Shown here: in pieces, positions 55,251 through 64,000 of the stretch
Numbering within the stretch: position 1 is the stretch's first letter
How the letters are laid out: each line of letters starts with the position of its first letter
Origin: a virus
Strand: one strand, 5' to 3'
IMG/VR virus record: IMGVR_UViG_3300026097_001223
Location: 1 to 64,000 of that record
DNA: 64,000 bases
Notes under the pieces: model-generated
Told to the model about the DNA's origin: nothing
Databases searched by the model: none
The model's input: the letters and a program-made list of their open reading frames with translations, nothing else
Translations under genes and position numbers: made by a program

Positions 55251-55828
55251 CTCTTGCTGTGATATCCTTTTATACATCTGACTGGAAATATCCCGACTAT
55301 GCAACTAACTTAAAAAAAGATTGTGAAAGGATCGGGTTGCCACATCACATCGAGTGTTTACCCAGTCGTGGCGACTATGTAAAAAATTGCAATATCAAGC
55401 CCGAATTCATAAGAAACAAATTACATCAATTAAAATCGCCAATTCTATGGATCGACGCCGATGGTAGTTTATTAAAAAGTCCTGATCTTTTGTTGACCTC
55501 GGACATTAAAAATTACGACCTTGCTGGTAACCGATGGGCAACAAACCCAGAAAGGATTCACGTGGGTTCTATATGGTTTAATTACACAGAACTTACGCTA
55601 ACATTTTTGGATACCTGGATCGACTTAGTTAACTCTAGCATAGATGATGCGGCATTCAATGGTGTTTGGAATAGATTTAAACAACAATTAAAATTATTTT
55701 CATTGCCCCCTGAATACTTTTTTATACATAAGAAAGACAATTATCTAATACCCAACAATACAATTATTTTACATAGATTATCATCGTCTGAATTAAAAAT
55801 GCAATACAAGAAAAAAACTAAGAAATGA
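55247..55828 (+). CDS. GT-A nucleotide-diphospho-sugar transferase
   Basis: 'KPEFI', 'ILWIDADG' (DxD), 'DDAAF'. Confidence 0.7.
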   Translation: MTLAVISFYTSDWKYPDYATNLKKDCERIGLPHHIECLPSRGDYVKNCNIKPEFIRNKLHQLKSPILWIDADGSLLKSPDLLLTSDIKNYDLAGNRWATNPERIHVGSIWFNYTELTLTFLDTWIDLVNSSIDDAAFNGVWNRFKQQLKLFSLPPEYFFIHKKDNYLIPNNTIILHRLSSSELKMQYKKKTKK

Positions 55829-56838
55829 AATTTTTATTATTACATCCTAATCGGCGACCTGAGTCAATTGATCAAATTCAATGTTTCAGCGATGTCTGGG
55901 GATATTATTTAGGTAACGAGCTAGCACGACATGTTACTGTGGATCATCTAGATATCCCAAGTAAGATCAACGACTCGGCGCTAGCTGTTTGGTTTGACAA
56001 TGTTGATATAGAGGGATATGATGCTGTTTTAGTGTTAGGGCTAAGATATTTTAGTCGAGTATCAAAAGATATTGTAGTAAGTTTGCAAAGGCGATTATAC
56101 CCGGGTTTTCTTTGCCAAATCTATGACGGTTCGCGTTTAGACAATGACGGAGTTGACATTACCTTTACAGTGAAAAATGACAACGTTAATAGCAAATATC
56201 AATTTGGCGCGGATGCAAACCGCTATGTAAGGCATCGTGCTCATAATGAATACGTGGGTTGGGCTGCAGACAGTACACTAAACACGCCTGCACAACAAGA
56301 TGGCATTCTCAGATTGTTAGTAGATCATACCAACTATGGTGAAAATCCTGTAGACCGAACAGCTGAAATTCTTGAACAAATTCGAGAATTTTATCACAGT
56401 GGGGTATGGAGATCTCAATGGCAGAGTGTTATTGTTAGGCGATTTGACTCGGGTAAAATTGTCTCAGTGGATTTAACTAGGCCGTCTACAATTGATCGTT
56501 ATGATCGCACCGGTGTTCCTTATCGTAGTGTGTGCAAAGAACACAGTCAGTCACATGTGTTTTTTGTAACTCATCCAGAAAGCGTAGGATTGGTTGTGCT
56601 AGAAACTGCCATGGCCGGTGCACTTACTGTTACTCCTGATGGGTACATTCCCAAGGATCGGTTAGCAACGGTCCGGCATGTTACTTATCATGATCGTATT
56701 GATTGGTCTGCTGTCTTAACTAACATTGATATCAATGCCAGTAGAGAAATTGCTTTGCCTAACTCGTGGGAGTCTGTTGCGAAACGCATTAGGGATGCAG
56801 TAAAAATACGACAGCTAATACGCAAAGGTACCGCATGA
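55825..56838 (+). CDS. GT-B (GT4-like) glycosyltransferase
   Basis: 'HPESVGLVVLETAMAG' matches the GT4 'E.FGL..LEA.A.G' motif. Confidence 0.6.
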   Translation: MKFLLLHPNRRPESIDQIQCFSDVWGYYLGNELARHVTVDHLDIPSKINDSALAVWFDNVDIEGYDAVLVLGLRYFSRVSKDIVVSLQRRLYPGFLCQIYDGSRLDNDGVDITFTVKNDNVNSKYQFGADANRYVRHRAHNEYVGWAADSTLNTPAQQDGILRLLVDHTNYGENPVDRTAEILEQIREFYHSGVWRSQWQSVIVRRFDSGKIVSVDLTRPSTIDRYDRTGVPYRSVCKEHSQSHVFFVTHPESVGLVVLETAMAGALTVTPDGYIPKDRLATVRHVTYHDRIDWSAVLTNIDINASREIALPNSWESVAKRIRDAVKIRQLIRKGTA

Positions 56839-58250
56839 TTAGAATTGTCTGTTTAAAATGGGGCACCAAGTACGGTCCAGAGTATGTAAACAATCTTTTT
56901 GCAGCCGTAAGTCGCAACACTACGCTTGAACATGAATTTTGGTGCTTCACTGATAATGCTGTCGGCATTGATCCTGCTGTGAAAAGACATAGACTACCCC
57001 ATGCGAGGGAATTAGATACCTGGTGGAACAAACTTTGGTTGTTTAGCAGTGAAATGCCCTTTAAAATCAATGATGTAATACTGTATATTGATCTTGATAC
57101 ACTGATAGTAGACAACATAGATGATTTTGTAAAAATACCACAATGTGGCGACATTGTGATGCTAGAAGATTTTTATCATGGAATTGCTAAAACAGCAGGT
57201 CAAGCTGCTAGTGGCTTGATGAGTTGGACGCATGGCAGTAGATTTGATATATGGAAAAACTTTATCGCAAATCCACAGCATGTGATAAAAATGTGCCATC
57301 CTCATGGTGACCAACGCTGGATAGAAATATGCACAAACCAACCAGGGCAAAGAAGATATTGGCAAAAGATTTTGCCAAACCGAGTGGTAAGTTACAAGGT
57401 ACATTGTCAACATGGGCTACCGGCGCAGGTGGCAGTGGTTTGCTATCACGGTAAACCCAGCATACCAGAAAGTGCTACAAAAAATTATCGAGACAGCAAG
57501 CGAGCAATCTCAGCACAGCCGTGGGTGTTAGATTACTGGCATGATCAAAAGGAAAAATCAATGACTCCTTGTAAAATAAGGTATGTAGAATTACCAGCAA
57601 GAAAAATATTTGGCATGGTAGGCCGATGCGGCGGTGGATACAACACCATATGGGAAGACTGGAGTACCAGCGGACGAATTGCTAGAGAAAAAATCATGCA
57701 AGAATTTGAGTCAGGCATGAATGCAATATGCGGACACTATGACAAACTAGAAGTCAGCATGCTCAATGAAGGTATACGAAATCCAGTTGTGATCACAGGC
57801 GGATTTCCCCGTAAACGTCAAATGCAATATGTACCACCCGACATGCACGATCAAGATCCAGCAGAGTTGTTTTTTCTTGAAGGAACCACAGGCGGCAGCA
57901 GACTGCACATAGCACAAAAACACAACATGACCATTCCTTGTATACTGAATGATTGGCACAATAGATTTCCTCATGCTCCTGAGATTAGCACGGCCAACGA
58001 TGCACTACAGTATTACAAAGATCGACCAAAGCGAGTTTTCGTGGACCCAAAACAGGGATTTGTTGAAGCATTTGATACTACTAAAATAGGTCATCACCTC
58101 GGTGAAGACTTCAGTGAAGAAAAAGTTGTGCCATTGAGAGCTCCTCTTTGGGTAAGCATTATGAACAAGTACGGATACCGTGTAGATCGCTTGCCAGAGT
58201 TTGTAGAACAGATACTTCATGACGCAGGCATTGATCAGCGTAAACTGTAA
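56835..58250 (+). CDS. GT-A (GT8-like) glycosyltransferase fused to a ParB/Srx-like domain
   Basis: 'IVCLKWGTKYGPEYVN', 'WWNKL.LF', 'YIDLD', 'GDQ', 'VCYHGKP'; C-half 'LEVSMLNEGIRNPV...GGSRL.IAQK....IPCI'. Confidence 0.7.
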   Translation: MIRIVCLKWGTKYGPEYVNNLFAAVSRNTTLEHEFWCFTDNAVGIDPAVKRHRLPHARELDTWWNKLWLFSSEMPFKINDVILYIDLDTLIVDNIDDFVKIPQCGDIVMLEDFYHGIAKTAGQAASGLMSWTHGSRFDIWKNFIANPQHVIKMCHPHGDQRWIEICTNQPGQRRYWQKILPNRVVSYKVHCQHGLPAQVAVVCYHGKPSIPESATKNYRDSKRAISAQPWVLDYWHDQKEKSMTPCKIRYVELPARKIFGMVGRCGGGYNTIWEDWSTSGRIAREKIMQEFESGMNAICGHYDKLEVSMLNEGIRNPVVITGGFPRKRQMQYVPPDMHDQDPAELFFLEGTTGGSRLHIAQKHNMTIPCILNDWHNRFPHAPEISTANDALQYYKDRPKRVFVDPKQGFVEAFDTTKIGHHLGEDFSEEKVVPLRAPLWVSIMNKYGYRVDRLPEFVEQILHDAGIDQRKL

Positions 58251-58954
58251 TGCTACATGTTGTCTGCGTTAAACACGGTGCAAAATTTTCCAGCCTATAT
58301 GTAAACCGTTTGTACAACATGATACAACGTCATCTGACTGTGTCACATGAATTTTGGTGCTTCACTGAGAATTCCAATGATATAGATTCTCGTATAAAAA
58401 TACACACTTTACCAGCACACTTTCCATCTTACATACAAGGATGGTGGTGGAAGCCTTATCTATTTGCCGATGAGCACTTTGAACACAGCGACACAGTGTT
58501 GTTCTTTGATTTAGATATGGTAATTGTAAACAGCATTGATCACATTGTGACATACAAGCCCGGAGCCTTTGTTGGCTTGAGAGATGTTAGCAGGGTATTC
58601 AATCCAGCTCGTCAAAAACTGGGCAGTGCAGTGATGCGATGGCAGGCAAAAACACAAGACTATCTATGGACTGAATTATTACGCGATGATCAAATCACAC
58701 GAGTATATCGCGGAGATCAAGAATATCTATGGGATCGTGCTAAACAAAAGATACAATTTTTTCCAGACATCTGGATACAAAGTTATAAATGGGAAATCCG
58801 CAATCGCAAAGACATAGTGGGCAAGAGAGAACATGCCCGGTTCAAGGACATAAAACATCCTGAGATCAATGATAAAACCAGTGTACTGGCATTTCACGGA
58901 TATCCAAGTTTAGAAACAGTAAAGGATCCAGTTATTACTGATAATTGGTTGTAA
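58250..58954 (+). CDS. GT-A (GT8-like) glycosyltransferase paralogue
   Basis: 'VVCVKHG.KF..LYVN.L', 'WWWKPYLF', 'FFDLD', 'GDQ', 'AFHGYP'. Confidence 0.75.
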   Translation: MLHVVCVKHGAKFSSLYVNRLYNMIQRHLTVSHEFWCFTENSNDIDSRIKIHTLPAHFPSYIQGWWWKPYLFADEHFEHSDTVLFFDLDMVIVNSIDHIVTYKPGAFVGLRDVSRVFNPARQKLGSAVMRWQAKTQDYLWTELLRDDQITRVYRGDQEYLWDRAKQKIQFFPDIWIQSYKWEIRNRKDIVGKREHARFKDIKHPEINDKTSVLAFHGYPSLETVKDPVITDNWL

Positions 58955-58990
58955 GGATAAATATGAACATACAAGACAGGGTTGACTCAC

Positions 58991-59554
58991 ATGACTACTA
59001 GAAAATGGAAATTACAAGGCGATATCAATTGGCCAGGTAAACTTATCGTTAAAATTGACGGTATAACAGTCGCAGATAAAGTAGATGCTGCAGAATCTGT
59101 TTACGACGGGCATACTTTTATTGCCGAAGGTACTTTTGATGTTGACGATGCAATTGACAGCAAGCATAGCATAGAAATTGAAGTTTATGAAGGCAGCATG
59201 AACATTGGACCAATTTGGTGGAACAATGCATATGTGTCGGCTGAACTTAGTGCAGAAGCCGAAGAATATAAATTTGATCACAACAATATTCCAGAAGGTG
59301 CGAATGTTCCTACACCTAAAAGCAACGAATGGGGATCAAATGATCCTAACGCATTCAGTTGGTATCCAGGTAAAGGTACGCTGTTTTCAGTTGACACTAT
59401 TATTAAAGAACAAGACCCTAGGGGTAATCTGCAGATAAACGGTGAAGACTTTACAGTACCTGCACAATTTCATAAAATAGTATCAACTGTGGGTAGCACT
59501 ATTACTTTTGATTTTGGTATTCCTGGAGACACTAGCCCCGGGGCGCCAGAATAA
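58991..59554 (+). CDS. Hypothetical beta-rich protein (ATG 58991; track start 58982)
   Basis: About 187 aa ORF. Late box TAAATA at 58958-58963. Confidence 0.55.
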   Translation: MTTRKWKLQGDINWPGKLIVKIDGITVADKVDAAESVYDGHTFIAEGTFDVDDAIDSKHSIEIEVYEGSMNIGPIWWNNAYVSAELSAEAEEYKFDHNNIPEGANVPTPKSNEWGSNDPNAFSWYPGKGTLFSVDTIIKEQDPRGNLQINGEDFTVPAQFHKIVSTVGSTITFDFGIPGDTSPGAPE

Positions 59555-59558
59555 CAGA

Positions 59559-59587
59559 TTGACAAATCTCTAATTAGTGTTTATACT
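59559..59587 (+). promoter_or_regulatory. sigma70-type promoter
   Basis: TTGACA-N17-TATACT, with ATG only 6 nt downstream. Confidence 0.82.
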
Positions 59588-59593
59588 GATTAG

Positions 59594-60715
59594 ATGATTT
59601 GTAGTCTACACAAAATTTGGAATATAAAACCACATCATATAACCGGTAACCAGTTTACCGGTTATGAGTCTATACAAGATCAACTCAATTCTTACACAAA
59701 AGCTGTTTATGAAAAAGATCCTACAAGCACTATTGAACAGGTGTTTGAACTGTATCGCGGCATAAATCTAGTTCCGATAACCTACTACACAGAATCAGGC
59801 CTGGTGCAGGCTATATCTCAATTTGCAAGCACTAAATATAACACTGTAGACAACAACAGGCTAGGACTGGGCAACAATCACGGACAGAATATCAATCGTT
59901 TTTTGTTTCCTAACATGATGACAGCAGAACCTAAAGGTCGAGGAAGCAACAGTTTACGTGATAGATTCTATAATGATACTAAATTACGCAGGGCAATTCG
60001 CATTTGCTTCGAGTTTCGTGATGGTAGCAATTTGGTTGGTCCTGTGGCTATGCGAAGGGCCCTTGAACTTGTTACAGGCGAAAATGTTACTAATTTCAAA
60101 GCGGCAAATGCTCGTGCTATTGTTGAGCATCTCTGCCCTGTTATGTGGGGCCGTGTTTATGACTATTCGTGCGGCTATGGTGGCAGACTTTTGGGAGTTA
60201 CTGCTTCGAACATGCAGTACAGCTATGTCGGTGTAGATCCTAACACAGAAACAGTAGAATATTTAAACTATCTCAATCAACTTATAGAAGAGGCCACTGG
60301 AAAAAATCATGAAATCGTGTGTTCGCCGTCGCAGGATTATACACCGGAAAACATCGACTGTGCATTCAGTTCGCCGCCTTACTTCAATCTCGAAAAATAC
60401 TCAGACGAGCCAACACAGTGTATGGTGGAGTTCTCAACACTGGATGAATGGTTCGACGGATATGCCGAACCAACCATACGAAACATTTACTCCTCACTTG
60501 CTAGCGACGGTGTGTTTGCCACTAATATTGCTGACTACAAGTCTTACGGCAACAAAGAATATGCTGTTGTGGATCGCTGGATTGCCACAGCAGAAAAAAT
60601 AGGATTCCGGCACTCGGCAACAATCCGGATGATGCTGAACACTCGTCCGGGCGTAGGCAATGATAAAACAGCAGGCCGAGAAAAGTGGGAAGGTGTTTAT
60701 GTATTCACTAAGTGA
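59594..60715 (+). CDS. Amino-DNA methyltransferase (m4C/m6A type)
   Basis: Motif I 'YDYSCGYGGRLLG', motif IV 'FSSPPYF'. Confidence 0.8.
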   Translation: MICSLHKIWNIKPHHITGNQFTGYESIQDQLNSYTKAVYEKDPTSTIEQVFELYRGINLVPITYYTESGLVQAISQFASTKYNTVDNNRLGLGNNHGQNINRFLFPNMMTAEPKGRGSNSLRDRFYNDTKLRRAIRICFEFRDGSNLVGPVAMRRALELVTGENVTNFKAANARAIVEHLCPVMWGRVYDYSCGYGGRLLGVTASNMQYSYVGVDPNTETVEYLNYLNQLIEEATGKNHEIVCSPSQDYTPENIDCAFSSPPYFNLEKYSDEPTQCMVEFSTLDEWFDGYAEPTIRNIYSSLASDGVFATNIADYKSYGNKEYAVVDRWIATAEKIGFRHSATIRMMLNTRPGVGNDKTAGREKWEGVYVFTK

Positions 60716-61457
60716 TGCTAAACAGCAGTATCCAGAAATATACGAATACTATTCTCAACCTCACAGTAGGCATATTTTAATATGGGGCGAAGGCGGGACT
60801 AGACCAGATTTTCTAGTAAAGTTTTTATTGCAACACCCTGATGCGTGTAAATTCCAAGATAGTAATTGGCACATTGATTTCAAAGGATCCAGCGGTCAAG
60901 GTGTACCTGGTGTAATACATGATTTTCAGATATCTCAAACTTATGATATAAATGCAGGTTTCCTTGTAAGTAAAACTCATTATGGTGGTAAATTTTGTCA
61001 CCTCAGCGAACATGCCAATGTTGACATGATTCGTATCGTCTACGATAACACAGACGTTGACTTACTGACAAAAATCGTATGGGAATTTACAACAAAAAGC
61101 AGCGTCCATGCAACAGGATTTTATCAGCAAACCCACATGCCTCGCACCGGCAATTCTGTTGATTATAACAATTTTAAATCGCAGTATTTTGAATTTTTGC
61201 AAGATATAATGTTGCCAGAATGGTATCTTAGAAACTATACCTATCACAGTACTGTATTAGAAATAGATTACAAACAAGTAATTTCCCCCGCAGGTGCTGA
61301 AACATTGTTAGAGTTACTGGATCTGCCAGTGTACCCCGAGCACGTAGAACAATATAGTAAAAGATTGTCATTGGCAGACTCGCCTGACAGTATAGAAGCT
61401 TACGGCGAAACATGGCATAGATCTGAAATTCAAGAAATAGTGAAATCTTTTTTATAA
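60699..61457 (+). CDS. P-loop / sulfotransferase-like hypothetical protein (start revised from 60660)
   Basis: 'ILIWGEGGTRPDFLVKFL', 'VSKTH', 'LEIDYKQV', similar in architecture to 50513-51163. Confidence 0.35.
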   Translation: MYSLSDAKQQYPEIYEYYSQPHSRHILIWGEGGTRPDFLVKFLLQHPDACKFQDSNWHIDFKGSSGQGVPGVIHDFQISQTYDINAGFLVSKTHYGGKFCHLSEHANVDMIRIVYDNTDVDLLTKIVWEFTTKSSVHATGFYQQTHMPRTGNSVDYNNFKSQYFEFLQDIMLPEWYLRNYTYHSTVLEIDYKQVISPAGAETLLELLDLPVYPEHVEQYSKRLSLADSPDSIEAYGETWHRSEIQEIVKSFL

Positions 61458-61462
61458 AAAGG

Positions 61463-61491
61463 TTGACCATACTGTGCATAGACCTTATACT
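61463..61491 (+). promoter_or_regulatory. sigma70-type early promoter
   Basis: AAAAAGG-TTGACC-N17-TATACT. Confidence 0.85.
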
Positions 61492-61522
61492 AATAATGTG
61501 AGTTAAGGAAATGGAGCAGGAT

Positions 61523-61861
61523 ATGCAAAAGCAAATTGAACAATTACTTGCAGATATCAAGCAAGACTACGTCGACTGGACCACAGCTGCTAGCAAAGGC
61601 AAGCCACTCAGCAACTATTTCAAAGAAACACTTGAAAATTTTGATGATAATCTTGAAGTTAAAGAAGGTAAAAAATACATCAAAATCATTCGTGATGGAA
61701 GTACATGGGGATTTGTTGTTGCAGTAGACAATGATCCAAAATTTCGCCGAGGCGATATCTTAATGGCAGCGGGCTTTAACGCTCCTGCTCGCAACAAGCC
61801 ACGCGGTAACATCTTAGACGGTAATTATCGTATTCAGTGGACTGGCCCAGCTTATCTTTAA
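61523..61861 (+). CDS. Conserved small early phage protein
   Basis: 'KKYIKI...WGFV...GDIL.AAG.NAPARN..RGNI' motif. SD before ATG 61523. Confidence 0.7.
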   Translation: MQKQIEQLLADIKQDYVDWTTAASKGKPLSNYFKETLENFDDNLEVKEGKKYIKIIRDGSTWGFVVAVDNDPKFRRGDILMAAGFNAPARNKPRGNILDGNYRIQWTGPAYL

Positions 61862-61871
61862 GGAGAACACT

Positions 61872-62240
61872 ATGACAGTAGCAACTCGTGAAATTGAATA
61901 TCTCATGGTAGAATCGGCTCATGTCAAAGCATTAAGTGCTGCAAGACAGGCCGCACAAGCGTTTGCCAATCAACACTTCAATGGTGGCGACGGCGGAGCA
62001 TGTGGCTTTGCCTGGATAGATGTTTACAAGGTTCGATCCAACAGCCGACTAGGAAAAGCACTCGCAAGTGTTGGATTTCGAAAGAGCTACACCGGCGGTC
62101 TTCAACTGTGGAACGGACGCGACGGTTGGTACTTTGGTCAGAGCGTCGATGCCGCAGAAGCTGGTGCTCGAGCTTACGCTGATGTATTCCGAGCAGAACT
62201 TGGATACGACAATGTTTACGCCGGCAGCCGGTTAGATTGA
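61872..62240 (+). CDS. Conserved hypothetical phage protein
   Basis: 'GGACGFAWI', 'AGARAYA.V'. SD AGGAG. Confidence 0.7.
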   Translation: MTVATREIEYLMVESAHVKALSAARQAAQAFANQHFNGGDGGACGFAWIDVYKVRSNSRLGKALASVGFRKSYTGGLQLWNGRDGWYFGQSVDAAEAGARAYADVFRAELGYDNVYAGSRLD

Positions 62241-62249
62241 GGCTAGACA

Positions 62250-62705
62250 ATGATCAATGAAATGTTACTGGCGCTAACCATGTCACTGGATCCTGTTCAA
62301 GCCGATTGCTTGGCAAAAAACGTATACTTTGAAGCACGTAATCAAAGTGACGCAGGTGGTATTGCTGTGAGCCATGTGGTATTAAACAGGGTAAACAGCA
62401 ATCGCTATCCTGACAACATCTGTGATGTTGTAACACAGGCAAAACGAAACAGTGTTGGTCAATTGATTCGTCACAAGTGTCAGTTTTCTTGGTATTGCGA
62501 TGGACTCAGTGATTGGCCAAAAGAACCTGCTGCCTGGAAGCATGCACAATCACTAGCAAGACAAGCATACTTGTTGCACAAGAACGGGTTCGACCTAACT
62601 GATGGTAGTTTGTTTTATCATACAAAAGCTGTTAACCCGCGTTGGAACAGAAACATGACACCAGTGATGGTAGTCGACGACCATATTTTTTGGCGCGATG
62701 ACTAA
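62250..62705 (+). CDS. SleB/Hydrolase_2 cell wall hydrolase
   Basis: 'CLAKNVYFEARNQ', 'VVLNRV', 'CQFSWYCDG', 'FYH', 'DHIF'. N-terminal signal-like segment. Confidence 0.92.
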   Translation: MINEMLLALTMSLDPVQADCLAKNVYFEARNQSDAGGIAVSHVVLNRVNSNRYPDNICDVVTQAKRNSVGQLIRHKCQFSWYCDGLSDWPKEPAAWKHAQSLARQAYLLHKNGFDLTDGSLFYHTKAVNPRWNRNMTPVMVVDDHIFWRDD

Positions 62706-62709
62706 TAGG

Positions 62710-62738
62710 TTGACACAGCACCTGAACTAGCCTATACT
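62710..62738 (+). promoter_or_regulatory. sigma70-type early promoter
   Basis: GG-TTGACA-N17-TATACT. Confidence 0.85.
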
Positions 62739-62801
62739 TAATAATGTAGCGAGAGGTATTGCACCGTATCGCAGTTTTATAGCAAAATGGAGAATAGCTA
62801 A

Positions 62802-63317
62802 ATGGCTACTAAATTAGAAAACCTTCCATTGGAAATAGCACATTTCCAAGCATTTCGCAAATACATCCCCAAAAATGAAACTCTGTGTGTAGACAGTGTA
62901 AAAACCTTACTTGAAATGGGTGCACTGCAGATCAGCACACTGTTTGAACATGCACTAGCAAACTATTGCGGCACTGAAGTAACCAGCACAGACGAAGCAG
63001 ATCTAAGCTGTGGTGCTGACGCTAAACTAACAACTGTGCGTACATACCGCTACGGCAAAAGCTATGGAGCTCCTGTAACAGGTGTTTATACCAAAACTGG
63101 CGACTTGCTGGTCCAATGCTACGAGCGCAAGCAAAACAAATTCTACTATTTCCGTATCCCACGTGTTGCTTACTGTCATATTCCAAAGACCAGCAACATT
63201 GAAATTCCCTTTTATTTAGATGGCACTCCCAAGCGCGAAAACGCCTGCGCTGTAAATTGGTATCAATTTGAGTGTGCTAGTTTTGAAGATATGTGCAATG
63301 AGGAGTACATGGCATGA
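62802..63317 (+). CDS. Putative PD-(D/E)xK nuclease-like protein
   Basis: 'FEHAL' helix followed by 'EADLSCGADAK'. Confidence 0.45.
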   Translation: MATKLENLPLEIAHFQAFRKYIPKNETLCVDSVKTLLEMGALQISTLFEHALANYCGTEVTSTDEADLSCGADAKLTTVRTYRYGKSYGAPVTGVYTKTGDLLVQCYERKQNKFYYFRIPRVAYCHIPKTSNIEIPFYLDGTPKRENACAVNWYQFECASFEDMCNEEYMA

Positions 63318-64000
63318 CACGACTAGTTAAAAAATTCACCGACGTAGTAAATGAAGTACGTCTTGAGATGCAAGCAAGCAAAGGCATCACCCAGGCCGAT
63401 CTTGATAAATTTCGTGATAGAGTAGACGGCAATGGACACCAGTTTCCTGAAGGTTCCAACATGGTGCCATTTGCAGATCAATGGTTAGATTACGAAGTTC
63501 AACGTGCAGCTATTCCGGATCACATTCTCAACATTATGAAGAATTACGATCCTCGTTTGTGTGGTCCAGCCAGTGCATGCCAAGTTGCTGGTGAAGATTA
63601 CACAACCATATATGATGGACAACAACGTAGTATTGCAACAGCTTTGTTAGGGTTTACAGCTGGACCTTGCAACGTTGTGGTCACTGATGACCCGGCATTT
63701 CCTAGTTATGCATTTGAAATGCTCAACGAAACTGGTGTAAAGAAACTTATGCCTGCAGACTTGCACCGAAATGCTCTTACACGTTTTCGATTAGGGTCAC
63801 AAGAGCGAAGAAATATTCTTGCTCGTACACTGCAGGATCAATTTGATAATGCAGGCATTGATCTTGAAGACAAAGGAACACGCAAGAGTCCAAATCTTCG
63901 CGGAAATAATTCATACTACTTTTCGCACTTTAAGTATGCCTACAAGGGCATTCATCTAGACGAGTCGGGAAAAACACTGTTTCAGATTCTAGAAGCAATT
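63314..64000 (+). CDS. ParB/Srx-like (DGQHR-type) protein, truncated at window end
   Basis: Not in the ORF track. Translates MTRLVKKF...WLDYEVQR...IYDGQQRSIA..., open to 64000, ATGA overlap with the upstream gene. Confidence 0.7.
   Translation, partial: MTRLVKKFTDVVNEVRLEMQASKGITQADLDKFRDRVDGNGHQFPEGSNMVPFADQWLDYEVQRAAIPDHILNIMKNYDPRLCGPASACQVAGEDYTTIYDGQQRSIATALLGFTAGPCNVVVTDDPAFPSYAFEMLNETGVKKLMPADLHRNALTRFRLGSQERRNILARTLQDQFDNAGIDLEDKGTRKSPNLRGNNSYYFSHFKYAYKGIHLDESGKTLFQILEAI

Noticed and set aside
1483-63317. Stop-codon reassignment as an explanation for the gp26/gp51 split
   Set aside because: The two ORFs are in different frames, and core genes translate full-length with the standard code using TAA, TAG and TGA stops.

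Overview
This window is part of a large T4-like myovirus (Caudoviricetes, T4 supergroup), intact over the genes shown and distant from T4 itself. It carries the head module (portal gp20, protease gp21, scaffold gp22, capsid gp23), a tape-measure-like gene, gp26/gp51-like chaperones, neck genes gp13/14/15, sheath and tube gp18/19, gp54-like, gp4, and terminases gp16/gp17. Replication and recombination genes are ssDNA-binding gp32, UvsX, UvsY and dNMP kinase. A 12-kb fibre operon and many glycan/small-molecule modification genes (glycosyltransferases, pyruvyltransferase, SGNH, sulfotransferase-like, radical SAM, SufT) are also present. Two promoter classes are readable: eight sigma70-type TTGACN-N17-TAYACT-like early promoters and many T4-late-like TAAATA boxes. 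Best leads: (1) a fibre operon bracketed by two GT42/Maf-like nonulosonate-transferase paralogues, plus a late glycosyltransferase cluster, suggesting virion glycosylation; (2) a start-less -1 ORF behind a slippery A-AAT-TTT-TTC, implying a lambda G/GT-type frameshift for gp26-gp51; (3) capsid-targeted internal proteins, one apparently a protease-cleaved polyprotein; (4) an Ate/Bpt-like aminoacyl-transferase cassette next to a structured non-coding element; (5) leaderless late mRNAs; (6) a fossil gene end recording a fibre-tip swap. All family assignments come from motif recognition by eye; no searches were run.
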